This document shows positions 35,620-53,906 of a stretch of DNA of 64,000 nt, piece after piece (the stretch's first letter is position 1; every line of letters begins with the position of its first letter). The DNA comes from Klebsormidium nitens. Its lineage: Eukaryota; Plantae; Klebsormidiophyceae. The stretch lies in the NCBI GenBank assembly GCA_000708835.1, contig DF237047.1:144170-208169 (forward strand). The letters run 5' to 3'. The notes beneath the pieces are model-generated. The model searched no databases and had not been told where the DNA came from. It worked only from the letters and a program-made list of their open reading frames with translations. The position numbers were made by a program, and so were the translations under genes.

Positions 35620-37083
35620 TGCATTTCACGGATGCGTTTGTTCAACACGAAGCCTGGACGGACTGTCATTCTGTCTCTGCGATCTCTGTTCGCCTTCGAT
35701 TCCGGATGTTCGTCCCTGTTCGAACCGCTTCGGTTTCTTTGAGAAAATTGGAAGACACCATTGCGCGTATCTGACTCTTACCGATGCGTCCCGCTTTCTC
35801 TGTAGCGCCTTAGTCTGTCAGTCTTCGTTAATTTTTACCTCTGGCACATTAAGCAGTGAAGGCAATAAACCTGGTCTTCTGCAATTGAATCTCGTGCGCT
35901 TCACTTGGATGACTTTTGAAAACCATAACTCTTGTCGTCGATCAGCTTGCCATTCAGTGGTGACCATTTAATTGCCGTCCCAAACTATAGCGAGCCGGGA
36001 CCTTCTACACTTACCATTGCAAGTACTGCACTGGCGCAGATCACACAGCCGCGATCCTAGCTTGCTGAGCCCATATACCGAGTACTGTACACAGCGTTTG
36101 GTCGATCGCTCCGGCACATTGTGCTTTTGTCAATCGCGATCGTCGGATCGAGACTGTTTCGGCTTGCATTCACTGCTTCCCCCAGAATATGCGACCTTGC
36201 GATTAAGCTGTCCGTAATTCTATAGCGTTCGCCAATTACGCATGCCCTGTATTCGAATAAGCATCCTGAATCTTGACATATAGGTACCATGCCAGGATGG
36301 TGCGTGCGGAATTGCAGTGCCGATCAGTATACCTCGAGCTACTTGACGCAAGTACGCGCCCTGGCATGCGGGAGCGTAGGCCAAAACTGCGTGCACCAAA
36401 ACATTGTGGTATGCAATTTTGATGGCCCATTCATCTGAGATACGGCCCGGTCAATCTGCTCCTGCACCGGGGAAAGTGCACTGCAGATGAATGCTCGTTT
36501 GCGAATCAGTGCCAATGCTTGCTACGAAGATGATTGTGAAACGATCTTGAATCTTTGGAAATAGACAGATCGAAGCACCCAACGGCTTGATTGTACTCAA
36601 AGACCGACTTGTACGTTGAGCAATTTGTTAGATGGTCAATTAGTAACAAGCGTGTCTTGCAGAGCTCTTGCCAAGACTGGTTCGTCAGAACTCCGACGAA
36701 GCAAACAGGCAAAAGTGCTCGGCATAACAATGTCCCGCGCCACCTCTCCTAACATCAAAGTTTATCAAGTAATCATGCAAGGAAATAAGCGGCCCGCATG
36801 CGCGGTGTCTAAGCAAAGAATCGCAGCAGCCCTGAAACCACAGTGACTGCCGACGCTCTCGCCGGTGACTCCACGCTATTTGCGGGCATGATCTCTTCCT
36901 TTGACACTCTGTCGCCATCACCAATCCTCCTTTCTCCTCCTATATTTCCGACCGACCGGACCTATCATCTAATCTAAGCTCCGATTACGACCCTCCGTAC
37001 TTCGTTCCACTGTGCGGCAACGACCATTCCGGCGAACTTTCGTTCCCGCCAGACTAGCGTTCCCCCAACAGTAGCACAGCCGC

Positions 37084-40000
37084 TCAAACGATATATGACC
37101 TTACAGCATCCCGCGTCTGCTCGGCCCGCTTCTCCCGCAGCGCCTCGATCACGCGCGCGGCCTGCGCTCGGAGTGCGCCGTTCTCCAAGGGCTTGTACGG
37201 CGTTGCAAGCTTCCTGGGAAGATCGCGCTCGAACCAGGGATGACGTCGGATCTCGGGAACAGTGATACGCGCGGCAGGGTCTACCACGAAGATGCGCGCG
37301 AGCAGGTCCTTGCAATCGGACGAGAGGCTGACATTTGCAGGCAGGAAGTAGCGGCCCGCGAGGATGTTCTGCAGAGGGAAAGCGTCAGCATGACGTCAGC
37401 AAGGGCGTATGGAGAGGCGGCGCCGACACAGGCCCTTGTAATTGGACGCGAGGCTGACGGTTTTGGAGCGAAAGCAGCGGCCCGCCAGGATGATCTTAAT
37501 TGGCAGTGTCAGCGTGACGTCAGTGAGGGCGAATGGAAGGGCGGTGCAGGACAACTACTCAAGGAAATACTAGGAGCGACAAACGACGACATATTGAAAC
37601 CGGCAGTACCGCAAGCACCAGGACTGAGAGCGCTGCATGCAAGAACTTAGCTCGGATCGACGCCAACCTGTGTAAGTAACAGCCAGTAATCTAGTCTGCA
37701 CATTAAGCCGCATAACCGGCTAACAGCAAGATCACCCGACAAGACGGCGCTGCCGTTCCTCAACGCCTTATCAGGACACGAATTTGTCAGACGTACTTAG
37801 TATCTGACCTACGACAGAACTACAACAGAATTGAAGGTGCTCGACAAACATCGAAACAGAAGCCCAAGGCTGCACGAAGTCAATAATATCCTAAACCCAG
37901 GCGGCCACGCTCGTCCTTATCTGCCTGCCAGGAAGTTTTGGGTGCTGTAATGGTAGGAAAAGTAACCTCAGCTCATCTCAAACAGCAATCGTAACAACCG
38001 GGGCTCAGACTCAACCCAGCGAGCTCACGAAAGCGAGCGCTAGAGCATACGACCCCACCTCAGCACACCCCCAAAACTCCAGTAGCCGCAGAACCGAACC
38101 TTGCAAAACCAAGTCGTCAGAAACGCAACCAGATGGAAGGTTAGTACTAACCCCGTTCATCAAATCTGTGACGACAGGAGCGGTGCTGCCTCACCTCAAA
38201 GATCCGGGTGATGTTCTTTGGTTGCTCCGGATCCGCAAAAGGGTACGCGTGGAAGAGGATGGCCGCCAGGATGACCCCTAGTGACCAGACGTCTGCTGCG
38301 CGGCGGTCAATGTTTCCTGCGCCCTTTGCGGTGCGTGACTTGAGCTGTTCGGGGGCCGCGTAGATGGATCCGGGACAACCGATGTCGGCGAATGGGGAGT
38401 GCTGCACAAAAAAGAGCAAGGATTGGATGTGCTTCAGGAAGGTGGTGAGAGATTGATTGAATCGGGCTGAGGGGGGAGCTGGTGCGTGAGGAAATGGTGG
38501 AATGACTTGTGCGAGAGTTGGAAGACAACATCGTTGGAAGTTCCAGCGATAGAAGTTTGCAGGACAGCGAGCAGAGGACAGAAACAGTTGAAAACAATAT
38601 GAAAGTCGGTCAGCAGAAGAGAAAGTTGCAGGCGGAAGGAGGGAGCCACCAGCTCGTACACAGAACCATCAAAGAGATGTTGAGGTAGATAACATACAAG
38701 AACAAACTACTGAGCACCCTTTGCAGACGCATAATGCTCGTAGAAATATGTAATAGGAACCTTGAGAGAGGTTCTGCACAAAACCAGAAAGCTGCAATAG
38801 GCGGAGAGATTATGGTTGTAAGTGAAAGGGACGTGTCTAAACCCAACTCTTGACCTGACCACGCATGGTGATGTCGAGATGAGGACAGCTGCGAGAGTCC
38901 TTGTTTTTTCAAACAGCGTTGTAGATATCCTTACCTTCGCAATCGCCGGGTCCGCCAGCTTCACTTCCGGGGGGGTCATCCTCGTCAGCAGGATGTTTTC
39001 TAACTTGAGATCTCTCCCAGGCGCGCCCTGAAAACACGACAACGACGTCAGCAAGGCGGTGGATACGTCAGCAAGGGGGTGAATGAACGTCAGCAACGCT
39101 AAGCCCAAGGCCTGCAGAGTCGTTCCTTTGGCACCGATGAGCGGAACCCTTTGAGAACAAACTCAAAGCTAGTCCCCTATGACAAGAAGTTGGGCAATAA
39201 TAGCAAAGAGTAGCAGGCAAGGCGAACCAAGGGCAGAAATAGGAAAGACGACGAGAGCAAAAAGAAACTTGGTCGTTGAAATCACCTGAGAGTGGCAGAA
39301 CTCCACCGCAGCCGCTAGCTGTTGAAACAAGTACCGGCACTGCGCAAAGATGGGATGGGACAAAAGTAACGTGAGCAACCTATCAAACTGATTCCTGATG
39401 TACCGGAATCTTCACTTACTCGACCTCAGCAGGATACTTTCGGACACTTCGCTACCAGCACCACACAACAAACAGAGCTGCACGAAGAATCATGTCCTCA
39501 GTACAAGACCAGACCCTGCGAACAACTTAAGTCCAGAGGGAACTCGCCTGTGGTTCGGATAACAACCGCTTGTCCACGAAGGTCATCAGCGAGTTCCCCG
39601 GTGCGTACTCAAACACTTGGTACAATTGGCCCTCATGTATGTACACCTGCAGGTACGTTAGACAAATCACAAAAGCAACACTTGCAGAAGGCGTACCTTA
39701 ATTAAGCTGAATTAAGAAGCAGAAATCAGGTTTGAGGGTAACCTGAGGGTCACTTTCTGTTTGTTGAAGAGGCACACAAGTCCTTAAGTCATGACAGGGC
39801 AGTGTGAACAAGAGACTCAACAAGAGACTCCTAAAGAAATCTTGTAAGGTTGCAAGCATGCACAACAGTGATAGTGCCACTAAATACCGCTCAAGTCGCA
39901 GCTACTGAGCAGGAAAACAGAGGGGCACAATAACCGCCTCAACCTCAAATTAGCAGCAACGCTTGTAGTAGGCAATCCGTTTTCTTTGAATGCTGAACTT

Positions 40001-41058
40001 ACCTCACACAACCGAGTGATGCAGGGATGCTGCAGATTGAGCAACGACGAGATCTCTTGCTCTAAATGAGGCAAGGACGTTCTCTGCAGACCCGAACAGG
40101 GAAATGAGTTCAACCTTTTGGGTAGTAGCCTTTGGTTCGAATGTTGCGTGACTTTCCTACTAGCTCAAGCGTCTTGTTCATTTGTACCTCGAACGCTTCC
40201 CCCTAGATCGTAAGGCAAGTCACTTAAGTCGCAGTGATCGGCTTCTAGACAATGAAGTGGGATGCAGATAATAAGGGAGCGCTCCAGTCATGGCCACACA
40301 GAGTAACATACAAATCTTCAGACTTTTTGTATCCACCTTCAGAAGAAAGGGCATGCAGATAAGGTGGGGGCATGCTTGATAGGCCCTCAAGGTCAGTCGC
40401 AGAATTGCACTTTCTGTTTCGAAAGTGTGACCCGGTCCTCCACATGGAAAAACCTGAAAATTGATCCCTCAATTGAAGCAGCAAATAGACAGGCCAAAGG
40501 GCCACTCCAGGGTTTTCTATGGCCACGAGAAAAAAGGGGTACACGAACGTGCATGACATCACACCAGTAAGTGGTCGTCGATACTTCATGCCGTCATCAT
40601 GATTCTTCTTACAAGTCATAGATGAAAAACCTCAAGCGGCTGCGTAAGGGGGCTCCATAGAAAATCGCCAGAGCTTTCGCTCTACTTTGAGCTCTCTCTA
40701 AGAAAGCTCAAACCCACGATGCAGTAAGAAATACTCGTCATCTTGCATCAGTTATGAATTCCAATTTGAAAGCTGTGAGCAGCTTTGCTAGCCGTTGCAG
40801 AAAGCTTGCCAAAGCCACCACTCAAACTTGTCATAAGGGTTTTGAGACGACTGAAAACATATGGCTCACCTTATTCAGTTCTGACCGCTTGATTGCCAGC
40901 TGCTTGCCTGTTTGCGGGATGCGCAAGACCCGAACTGACACATCATCTGCTGAAAAGATTTCAGTTCCCTGATTTTCAAACTTCTCCCCTGCTTGTGCGT
41001 CCGATTTGAAATCTCTCACAGTAGCGGTCAGGTAAGGAGGAGAAAGAACCGTAGCCAT
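37084..41058 (-). CDS. SnRK2-derived Ser/Thr kinase-like protein with degenerate catalytic motifs (possible pseudokinase), 7 exons, 335 aa
   Basis: Exons 41058-40870, 40083-40003, 39646-39548, 39339-39286, 39027-38935, 38401-38195, 37368-37084 (1008 nt). LAIK, RDLKLEN, YAAPE, ADVWSLGV, AYPFADPEQPKN, RIFVVDPAARITVPEIRRHPWF resemble SnRK2, and the 54- and 93-nt exons and intron positions match SnRK2 genes. Intron 3 has a GC donor (CAG|GCGAGT at 39547). Confidence 0.85.
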
Positions 41059-42084
41059 TGTATGCCTATGTCAACTTCAAACGAAGTGAAGCTTTACTGA
41101 CTCCCTTCCGTTCTCAATTGTGCGTCCAGATAAAGAATTCGTTCCCGGTTGAGCTTCATAGATTGCGAAAAGGCCACAGAGCAAGTGCGTCGGTCTAAGT
41201 AGCTCCAAATGTGACAGAAACTGGTAGTAGTGTGTCCTCGCTTACACTGCTGACAGTTCACTTTAATTCTTCGTGAAAGAAGGAAGAAAAATTCTTCAAG
41301 GAGAAGGAAAAGTTGCATCCAAACGAAGCTGAGCAGAAGGTACTAAGAATATGGAAAGAGAATCTGCAGAGACTGTTTCACAGGCTAGACCGGCAGCCTG
41401 GAAAGAATCTGCTTAGGAGAGGCTCTTCCAGCACAAGTGTCGTACTGGTAGCGCGACAGTTTCAACCCTTTGTTCCTTCTGCTACACTTCTAGACCAGAT
41501 TAGATATCTTCAAGCTCCTGCAAAGAGAATGGAGGAAGCGCGCGAAGCTCACTTTTCAGATTCCTGTTGAATCAGGTTTGTCTCGTGTGACTGCGTTCCT
41601 GGTCTGCAAAGTGGTCGCGTGACCCGAGTTGCGATTCCTGCAAAAGTACCACATCGAGGCCGTCCCATCGACACGTGGAAAGTCGACGGCGAAAGATGGT
41701 GCCAGGGAGGCAGAAGACTGCACTTTTTGGCAGAACGTAAACTGTACGTACCCACCTTGTAATACAGGTAGGTCAAAATAACCGTGCCCGTGATCGCTAC
41801 CGTCCAACTTCCAAAAGCACCCGCACAAATGCCGCCGATGTTGAATCAACGATCAGATATCCATCTTACTTCTGCAACTGACAAGCGAAGTATAAACTTT
41901 CGAAGTTTGATAAATTGAGGTGAAAAGCTGGTATTAAAATTCTGACCCGCCACTAGTTCCAAAGTTGGCGCATGATGCAATATCGTCACTCGTGACTCGT
42001 GCGTGTGCGTGAGCGCTACGTACAGGGAAGGTGCATCATGGCCCCGGTGGGCCATGGCAGTGATGCTCAGCTGCAGATCCGCCA

Positions 42085-48466
<6,382 letters not shown>

Positions 48467-49602
48467 AATATAAGCCGACTTTATAGATATCGAAAATTCT
48501 TACAAAGCTAGGGGTGAATACTCGTGAGCCGCAATTGTTTGTCGCGCTTGCAAGCCCTGACTATAATTGTCTTGGCACTTCTGCACGACGCACATGGGAG
48601 AGTTGATCTCAAGTGTAGACCTATCCGCTCCCATTCCACTAGAACGACCTGGTGGGCAGATTGTGGATTGTGCATTTGGGGTTTCTTTCACCGTGAGGCG
48701 GGCCCGGGGTCAATCGTGTATGCATCAGCTAGATGAAGCATGCCACATGAAATTTGATACCAGATGGGATTTTTGCAAGCAGTGCGACGGTAGCGATCGA
48801 ACCGACTTTTTTAATACGGATTGAATAATTGGCAAGCTAGGCACTACGCGCGCTGTAATGTTTTACTTCGCTGTCTGACTTGGTACAAATCCTCGTTCGT
48901 TACTTCAGCTCGGTGATACCGCATGAGTCGAGATAATGAAGCAACGTCAGCATGTCACATGAACATATGCCATGATGTGATTGCAATTGTTTGTCCCGCT
49001 CTGTGATAATACTTCGTCATTCAAACATATTCGAGAGATCCGGAGTCATAGTAACCGTTTGATGGTACCTCGCCTTATCCAAGTTAGCTGAGAACTGTTA
49101 CAATCCGAGCTAATTGGAAAAATTGTGTGTCATAATATGTTTCTCCTGCATGCAGTTTATCCAACGCATGATGTATAAGAGACCTCCATTATCAAATGAT
49201 AACATTCTGTGTCATGCTCATCCAAGCTGTCTTTCCCACCAATGAGGATGAGAGAAATTAATCGGTCGAATAAGGATGAGAAAAATAAAAACAATTGCGA
49301 ATGGGATCCGACAAATCAAGCTCTCTATCGATCAACATAGACATGCTGCCGGGTCGAGTAAACCACTTTAGAGTTGGATGAAGAAAGCCTTTACAATCTT
49401 TGATGTGTAACATCCGCTGTAAGGAGATTTCATTGCACACAAATCATCAAGTGCACGACGTACTTTACACACTTCAAGTCAAGTTTTACCTACGTCTAGA
49501 CATCAGGCATTTCGCTGGTAAAAATGCCAAGTAAGGTGGCCCGAAACTACTAAAGCTACTATACTTCGTTTCAATATACCCCAAATCTGTACATCGCCTC
49601 AA

Positions 49603-50319
49603 TTACTGGTCAATTCCTTGCAGCTCTCCTTTCCTTTCTTCTGCTAGCTGCGCTCTCCGTTCCGCTGTTCCGGCCTCTCTTGTCTCTTGCATGTTGGGCT
49701 TCTGGATGTTGCCCTCATAAGCGTCTAGCTCGGGGAAGGCCTCCCTGCAAAAAAAGAGAGGCAATCGATGAATACCTTCGGGGTGCACTTCGACTCTTTC
49801 GGATACTGAAGGCAACAAATACACTCAGCTTCCCTTGATAGAAGACGTTTGAACGCATGAGTTTCATTGTTTGAACTAGAAAGAATCTTTCAGAACCAGG
49901 ATGCTTGACCGACCACTGTACCCAACATGAGATCGTGTGATCCTTTTTTCTAGCTTCAGACTGCATTACAAGCAGTTGGTGATGTGAAGAGAATGCGAAG
50001 TCCGATGGAATGGCCAAAGTAGATCAGAACCATCTTTGGGCCAATGCAAAACCCCCCCTGCTCCAACTTCCATTAAGCCCCCAGCACTAGATCACTATGC
50101 TCGAAAGACCGGAATATACACCAGTGTCCCAAACCCTTAGAGAACATCTTCTCTCCTACTCCTTAAAGCAAACAACTTCGAGTCGTCCTAGATTTCAATG
50201 ACCCACCTGGTTTCCTCGTGGCCCTTCCTGGCTGCCTCCTGATCCTGAGGGGGAACCCCGGTCGTGGTGCTCAGCTCCGCCCTCGTAGGGGTGGGGGCTC
50301 CGCGCGGGTGGTCAGCCAT
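49603..50319 (-). CDS. Small hydrophilic (LEA-like/hydrophilin) protein, 2 exons, 84 aa
   Basis: Exons 50319-50207 (AG|GTGGGT) and 49744-49603 (ttttttttgcag|), phase 2 matches. MADHPRGAPTPTRAELSTTTGVPPQDQEAARKGHEETREAFPELDAYEGNIQKPNMQETREAGTAERRAQLAEERKGELQGIDQ has no Cys or Trp and is very hydrophilic. No family recognised. Confidence 0.7.
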
Positions 50320-50623
50320 GCTTGCTGATCTGCTTTTAGTTTTGTTACTAGTTGCAAGGCGGGCAGCTGACAAGTACGAAGTGGTTGTTCGTCTCTTGAT
50401 TTCTTAGCAAGAACTTTTCTTACACTTCGACTTTCTGATCAAAGATTCTAGAATAGCTACCCAAGACGTAATCCAAGTTGCAGGGAGTTCTCTGCAAGGT
50501 TCATGCGTTCTGCAAGCCAGGCTTTCAAGTCGGAGTCACTGATACCAAACTGGACGAAGAGCCTGGCTCCAGCGTGCACTGTCAGTGGCAAACCGTTCAG
50601 CAGTAGGAATCCATTTCCGACCT

Positions 50624-50901
50624 TGCATGCACATTACGGTTGTCGCTGGCCGACCTTCCGGTCGGAGCACGACGCAAAGGTCGCCGGAAAGGTCACTTGA
50701 TCAGGCCGGGGGGGATTCGCATCGGCGTTTTCAGGGCCAAAAGAACGGACGGTGAAAGCTACCGGGCGATTACATTTCCAATATTCGACGCAGTGCAGAA
50801 TGACTGCGCGCCAGTTTTGCATGCGCCAAAACATTATCCACCGTGTGACGCATGCACAGCGTGCATGCAGCGCGAGGGCATTCGTAGACAACGCGCATGC
50901 A
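50624..50901. promoter_or_regulatory. Cluster of RY elements (CATGCA/TGCATG) in the spacer between the divergent hydrophilin and LEA genes
   Basis: RY hexamers at 50626, 50818 (reverse), 50851, 50864 and 50896, five within about 280 bp. RY boxes are the established ABI3/VP1 B3-domain sites of Em promoters. Confidence 0.45.
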
Positions 50902-51259
50902 ATCCTGCTGTCGCCCCAGCGCCGTGGCTCCAGAGGGAAAACGACTGCTGCTGGCGGAAAGCTCACTGGAAAGCAAGTGTGAAACAGGTCGATTGTCGAT
51001 CTCCAGGTTGAACGGACTTCGACTCCGTGAAGGTCTCTGATTTGCAGGAAGCTTGTTGACACACCACAAAGCTACCTACTGTACATGTAGGAATCTTGCG
51101 AAAAGTCTTTCTGCCCTTTTTGATCAGAAGCTGCATTTGCGACTTAAATCATCAAAAGGACTTCTGCTCTCTCAACGCATTGCTCTCGAACCCGACCGAC
51201 AAGTTTTTACGTTTCCTTGCTTCCTTTCACTCTACGTTTTCTTGTTCAAGCCAGCCACG

Positions 51260-52281
51260 ATGTCTCAGGAGTACTCAGAGACCGCTCAGGGCACGTCCGT
51301 GGACATGCCCAAGGGTGACGTCATCCCAGAGCCCAGGCAGGAGGCCATCAAGACGGGGCCGCAACTCGGGACGGACCCCCAAAACGCGCAGGAGGCGTAT
51401 GATAAGCAGCAGGAGGGGCGCATGTACGTCAATGCCATGTGTTGATTACGTCTCCTATGAGGAGAGTTCAGAACAAGATGACGAAGTCAGTGGTTGGATT
51501 GGTGTTGCTTTGAGTTTTGGTGCGGGGAAAGGAGATGCTTTGGGTGTGATGGAAAAAGAATGGTGCACATGGGCCGCTTTGCAGGATTGACTGAAAAGGA
51601 CGTTTTTCTGGTCTTACAGGTTGTTCCGGAAATGTGTGGTCTTTTGATGAGTTTCTTATTCTGTCACGTTGGACTCTCTTTTTTGACAAGGTCGTTGTCA
51701 GTTCAAAGTCCAGAATATTCGCGTTGTTTAGAACATTGCCTTTTGCCAGCTTGTTGTAGCCTTTGTTGGATGTGACACGTCAGGGTTTCATCCACTGCCT
51801 ACTTTGTTGCTTTGTTAGGCGATGGTAGGTAAACTTGCAATTGGTTGTATTGGGACAATTGATTCTGGTGTGCACGACTGAGGAAAGGCGCTCTTCCACG
51901 GCAAAAGCCGCTTCTTCTTGAAGACAGAGTATAATCTGACGCGAAAAGCATTGGCTTCGTGGCAGGTAACGAGAATAAGTCAGCTCGACCAAGTTGCGTC
52001 ATAACGATAGAGAAGACACTGCTGGTAAACTGAAAGCTTTCCTTTTATGTTCAGTGTCAAGGCTGACCAGACTTATGTGAAAGCAGTGTTGGTAAACTAA
52101 AACCTTCGCTTCGTTGTTTTGCAGTAAGGGTGGCCAGACCCGTGCCAAGCAGCTTGGCCACGAGGGCTATGTGGAGATGGGGCGGAAAGGCGGCAAGACA
52201 CGAGGGAACCCGGCAGAAGGCGCCGAGTTCGCAGGAAAGCCAGAGTACGATTATTTGAAAGCACCCGGTGATAAGAACTAG
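51260..52281 (+). CDS. Group 1 late embryogenesis abundant protein (Em-like, LEA_5), 2 exons, 106 aa
   Basis: Exons 51260-51423 (AT|GTACGT) and 52125-52281 (ttttgcag|). The join gives [34 protein letters not shown], matching the Em 20-mer GGQTRxEQLGxEGYxEMGRK. Confidence 0.88.
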
Positions 52282-53906
52282 ACAGAGTGTTAGAAAAGGA
52301 TCGAGCCTGGCCGTCGATGAGAATTGTACATAGCTGTGGTTAATGTTGGTGACGTTTTTCAAGACTTTGGGTGACAAGAGGACTTTGTCAAAGGTATTGC
52401 CTCCTCCTTGAGGGGATTTTTCAGTATTGCTCGTTGGTATGAATTCTGGTGTGCGAATCAATTACCAGAGTCGTATGTTTATATTTTATCCAATTTGGTA
52501 TGAATGGTGTTCTTACCAGGGGAATATTGTCGTGCATTTTATTGGGCGTATATCACGTTGCGTCATATGTCATGCGAAGTTGTGAACGTACGACCATATC
52601 TTGCATGCCATGCAGACGACTTTCGGGATTTTTTACTTTGAATCAGATGGAAAAAGTTACGTGCGCTACTCGTTCCTACCTACGTGTCTTACACTAGTTT
52701 CAACAGTCAGGCGAATGGAGAACAAGGTTCTAGTGAACTGCTGATCCATTAAATTGCATGGACTTAAGCAATTAGCGATAAAGACCCAAAAGATCAGGAA
52801 TTATATATAAGGTCTACCGAAGGAGAAGAATATTGGCTCGACACTGATGCACAGATGCACAACAATGGATTACATAATTAATGTCAGCCTCAACACTCGA
52901 TTACCATAGATCGGATTCGAAGCTGGCCTATACTAACGGACATTAGCTGGCCGGTCATTGGACGGTCGATCGCATGTAATGCTCGTTTGCATGCATGAAA
53001 CTCATCCGCGTGTGGTGCGGAACATTATAAGCCGTGCCACTTGAGTGCTCCTCGTCCAAATTCAAACTGAATGTGATACGGTCCGACAATCAAGCAATCA
53101 CATCAAATTGTGTTACGTGATTCACAGACTTGTGCCATTCAACTCGACACATGCTCTAGCTCAGCGCATGTGAGATGGCCAACAAACCCCGACCGTCCGT
53201 CAACGGATTTAATTGGATACGTGATTGGTTTATGAAACCAATCGAATCGTGTGCCTCAACTTGCAAGCTACCAACCAGGTTTCAACCATGCATGAGCATG
53301 TCGACCGCACTCCCTCCGCCATCTCCTACTGTATGCCAAGCTGCGGTGGTAAGGTTGATGGTCAGAAAGACAACCTTCACTTGCAATTTATCTGCCCGTA
53401 TAAGCATAGCACCGTCGCAAAATCGGTGTTACCTTCAGACGTCTGGTTGCCGCACTTGACACCTGCGATCACTGCATACCTATTTACCTGCATATGCTAT
53501 CTTGTCTGATCGCCACTACACCTTTAAGCAATCACAATTCTTCTTTTCGCGTCTATCGCATGGCCTGCCTCAAACCGCGCAGACGCGAAGGACTCATCCA
53601 CGAAGTCAATCTCCCATGCGTCCCCGTTCCCCGTTCTGGAACGTCACACTTTCTGTCACTCCCTCCTTCAACTTCTGCTTACACCCATTCCGTATTGCTA
53701 CCCACAGCCCATTTCAATCCGCAATCGCTTCCCTCGACCATACCCGCAGTGACCTCTCTTCTCTTACTCCAGATCCGCCGCAGACTCCATCCTTCCCACT
53801 CCGGGAAACGTAGTGAACCTACCGTCCAAAATCCCCCCCCATGCTTTTCATCTTCATCCTGCCCCCCCGGAAAATCGCCCTCGTTTCCCCCCCCTCAAAA
53901 CCGCCG

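Noticed and set aside
37098-37103. GTAAGG donor-like site just before the kinase stop, which could add an acidic C-terminal exon
   Set aside because: No downstream acceptor with an acidic ABA-box-like frame was found. The frame ends naturally at 37084.
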